Assembly (NCBI GenBank): GCA_950097015.1
Contig: CATNEN010000003.1
Location: 5,270,001-5,334,000 of the forward strand
Origin: Macrostomum hystrix
Taxonomy: Eukaryota > Animalia > Platyhelminthes
Direction of reading: 5' to 3'
DNA length: 64,000 nucleotides
The translations under genes and the position numbers were made by a program. How positions within the stretch are numbered: the first letter of the stretch is position 1; every line of letters begins with the position of its first letter. Below, in pieces: positions 60,860 to 64,000 of the stretch. Under the pieces are notes generated by a model. That model was not told the DNA's origin, searched no databases, and was given only the letters and a program-made list of their open reading frames with translations.

Positions 60860-63390
60860 GGAATCGTCCGAAAATTATAGAATCGTCCGAAAACTATAGA
60901 ATCGTCCGAAAATTACAGAATCGTCTGAAAATTATATAACTGTCTAAAGTTTTGGAATCGTCTCAAATTTTACGAGTAGAATTGTCTGAAAATTATCGTC
61001 TAAAAATGAAAGAATCGTCCGAAAATTATAGAATCTTCTGAAACTTATAGAATCTTCTGAAGATTATAGAATTTTCTGAAACTTATAGAATCGTCTGAAG
61101 ATTATAGAATCTTCTGAAACTTATAGAATCGTCTGAAGATTATAGAATCTTCTGAAACTTATAGAATCGTCTGAAGATAATAGAATTTTCTGAAACTTAT
61201 AGAATCGTCTGAAGATTATAGAATCTTCTGAAACTTATAGAATCGTCTGAAGATTATAGAATTTTCTGAAACTTATAGAATCGTCTGAAGATTATAGAAT
61301 CTTCTGAAACTTATAGAATCTTCTGAAGATTATAGAATCTTCTGAAACTTATAGAATCGTCTGAAGATTATAGAATCTTCTGAAACTTATAGAATCGTCT
61401 GAAGATTATAGAATTTTCTGAAACTTATAGAATCTTCTGAAGATTATAGAATTTTCTGAAACTTATAGAATCGTCTGAAGATTATAGAATCTTCTGAAAC
61501 TTATAGAATCGTCTGAAGATTATAGAATTTTCTGAAACTTATAGAATCTTCTGAAGATTATAGAATTTTCTGAAACTTATAGAATCTTCTGAAGATTATA
61601 GAATTTTCTGAAACTTATAGAATCGTCTGAAGATTATAGAATCTTCTGAAACTTATAGAATCGTCTGAAGATTATAGAATCTTCTGAAACTTATAGAATC
61701 GTCTGAAGATTATAGAATCTTCTGAAACTTATAGAATCGTCTGAAGATTATAGAATCTTCTGAAACTTATAGAATCGTCTGAAGATTATAGAATCTTCTG
61801 AAACTTATAGAATCGTCTGAAGATTATAGAATCTTCTGAAACTTATAGAATCGTCTGAAGATTATAGAATCTTCTGAAACTTATAGAATCGTCTGAAGAT
61901 TATAGAATCTTCTGAAACTTATAGAATCGTCTGAAGATTATAGAATCTTCTGAAACTTATAGAATCTTCTGAAGATTATAGAATTTTCTGAAACTTATAG
62001 AATCTTCTGAAGATTATAGAATTTTCTGAAACTTATAGAATCTTCTGAAGATTATAGAATCTTCTGAAACTTATAGAATCGTCTGAAGATTATAGAATCT
62101 TCTGAAACTTATAGAATCGTCTGAAGATTATAGAATCTTCTGAAACTTATAGAATCGTCTGAAGATTATAGAATCTTCTGAAACTTATAGAATCGTCTGA
62201 AGATTATAGAATCTTCTGAAACTTATAGAATCGTCTGAAGATTATAGAATCTTCTGAAACTTATAGAATCGTCTGAAGATTTTAGAATTTTCTGAAACTT
62301 ATAGAATCTTCTGAAGATTATAGAATTTTCTGAAACTTATAGAATCTTCTGAAGATTATAGAATTTTCTGAAACTTATAGAATCGTCTGAAGATTATAGA
62401 ATCTTCTGAAACTTATAGAATCGTCTGAAGATTATAGAATCTTCTGAAACTTATAGAATCGTCTGAAGATTATAGAATCTTCTGAAACTTGAAGAATTCT
62501 CTAAAAATTACAGAATCGTCTAAAAGTTATAGAACTGTCCAAAGTTTTGGAATCGTCTCAAATTTTACGAGAAGAATTGTCTGAAAATTATCGTCTAAAA
62601 ATGAAAGAATCGTCCGAAAATTACAGAATCTTCTGAAAATTATAGAATCGTACCAAAAACTATAGAATCGTCCCAAAATTACAGAATCGTCTGAAACTTA
62701 TAGAATCGTCCGAAAATTATAGAATCTTCTGTAATTTATAGAATCGTCTGAAATTTATAGAATCGTCTGAAAGTTATAGAATCGTCCGAAAATTACAGAA
62801 TCGTCCGAAAATTACTGAATCGTCTGAAAATTATAGAACTGTCCAAAGTTATGGAATCTTCAAAAATTATAGAATCGTCTGAAACTTATAGAATCGTCCG
62901 AAAATTATAGAATCTTCTGAAAATTTTTGAATCTTCTGAAAATTATAGAATCTTCTGAAAGTTATAGAATCGTCCGAAAATTATAGAATCTTCTGAAAAT
63001 TTTAGAATCTTCTGAAAGTTGTAGAATCTTCTGAAAGTTATAGAATCGTCCGAAAATTATAGAATCTTCTGAAAATTTTATAATCTTCTGAAAGTTGTAG
63101 AATCTTCTGAAACTTATAGAATCGTCCGAAAATTATAGAATCTTCTGAAAATTTTATAGTCTTCTGAAAGTTGTAGAATCTTCTGAAACTTATAGAATCG
63201 TCCGAAAATTATAGAATCTTCTGAAAATTTTATAATCTTCTGAAAGTTGTAGAATCTTCTGAAACTTATAGAATCGTCCGAAAATTACAGAATCGTCCGA
63301 AAATTATAGAACTGTCCAAAGTTATGGAATCGTCTCAAATTTTAGAATCGTCTGAAGATTATAGAATCGTCCGAAAATTATAGAATCGTA
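60860..63390. repeat. 19-bp satellite, mostly a 38-bp dimer (ATAGAATCGTCTGAAGATT + ATAGAATCTTCTGAAACTT)n
   Basis: Visible array starting about 40 nt after the AK stop codon. Confidence 0.97.
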
Positions 63391-64000
63391 TGAGAACAAC
63401 CGACTCGTTCGAAAATTGCAGAATCTTCTGTAAATCAATAAGAAAATAGTAAAACCATTAAAAACGTAACATATCACAGTGAAATAGATTTGTTAAAACA
63501 CATTGGAATCTTCTAAAAATAGTAGAGCTGTTCGAAAAAAAATTATTTTTTGCGATAGATTAGCAAGTGATGCTCCAACTCCTACAGCCAGTGCTAGATA
63601 TTTTGGTAATTCTCATATTTCCATGGACTGCTTTTCCGCTAGCTGGGATATTTCGGATCGCTTAGTTTTTTAATTAGTTTTTCTAAAATATGTTTTCACT
63701 TAGATTTTCGTTTAAAACTCTTTCATTATTCATTGCAATTTTTTGAGTTAACTTTTTTGTTACTAGCTAATCATGCATTGTCAGCTTTGTTACATGTCTG
63801 TTTAACGTTATACTCTCGTACGTCTCAGTTCTCTTTCAGTGTATAGATTTCATTTTGGGCTGTTTATTTTTTTACTGCGCTTTTAATAAAAAAGTGGGCT
63901 TCATTGTGCCTAAATGAAAATATTTTTCTTTGTTTTTTTTGCTATTGTTTAACAAATAGCATGGCATGGAAGGATTGATTAAAATGGCGGATGCTGCTTA

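Noticed and set aside
63984-64000. AAAATGGCGG as a possible next-gene start or YY1 motif
   Set aside because: It is truncated by the window end; too little sequence to support.

Overview
Eukaryotic (metazoan) genomic DNA with spliceosomal GT-AG introns, GC-rich exons often carrying polyQ tracts, and about 20 different short-unit tandem arrays covering roughly one third of the window. This style suggests a free-living flatworm such as Macrostomum (inference only). Genes reconstructed by eye: two tandem secreted PAN/apple + C-type lectin paralogs; an intronless class A GPCR; a 2-exon GT31 beta-1,3-glycosyltransferase-like gene lacking the DxD motif; a 3-exon neuropeptide-receptor-like GPCR with a long polyQ tail; a KLHL10-like gene head-to-head with sterol C5-desaturase (SC5D); a 4-exon DGAT2/MOGAT acyltransferase; an NR1J/HR96-type nuclear receptor; a Brawnin/UQCC6-like small ORF overlapping the start of a 3-exon NAT9; and an intronless divergent AK2-like adenylate kinase. 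Two tRNA-derived SINE families (one with a CORE-like domain) and a hAT terminal fragment are present. Most long ORFs in the supplied track are translations of minisatellites. The most notable observations are the probable Brawnin-NAT9 overlapping bicistron, three RFX X-boxes inside NAT9, and the SC5D-DGAT2-HR96 lipid/sterol neighbourhood. All family assignments come from motif recognition from memory, not from database searches.
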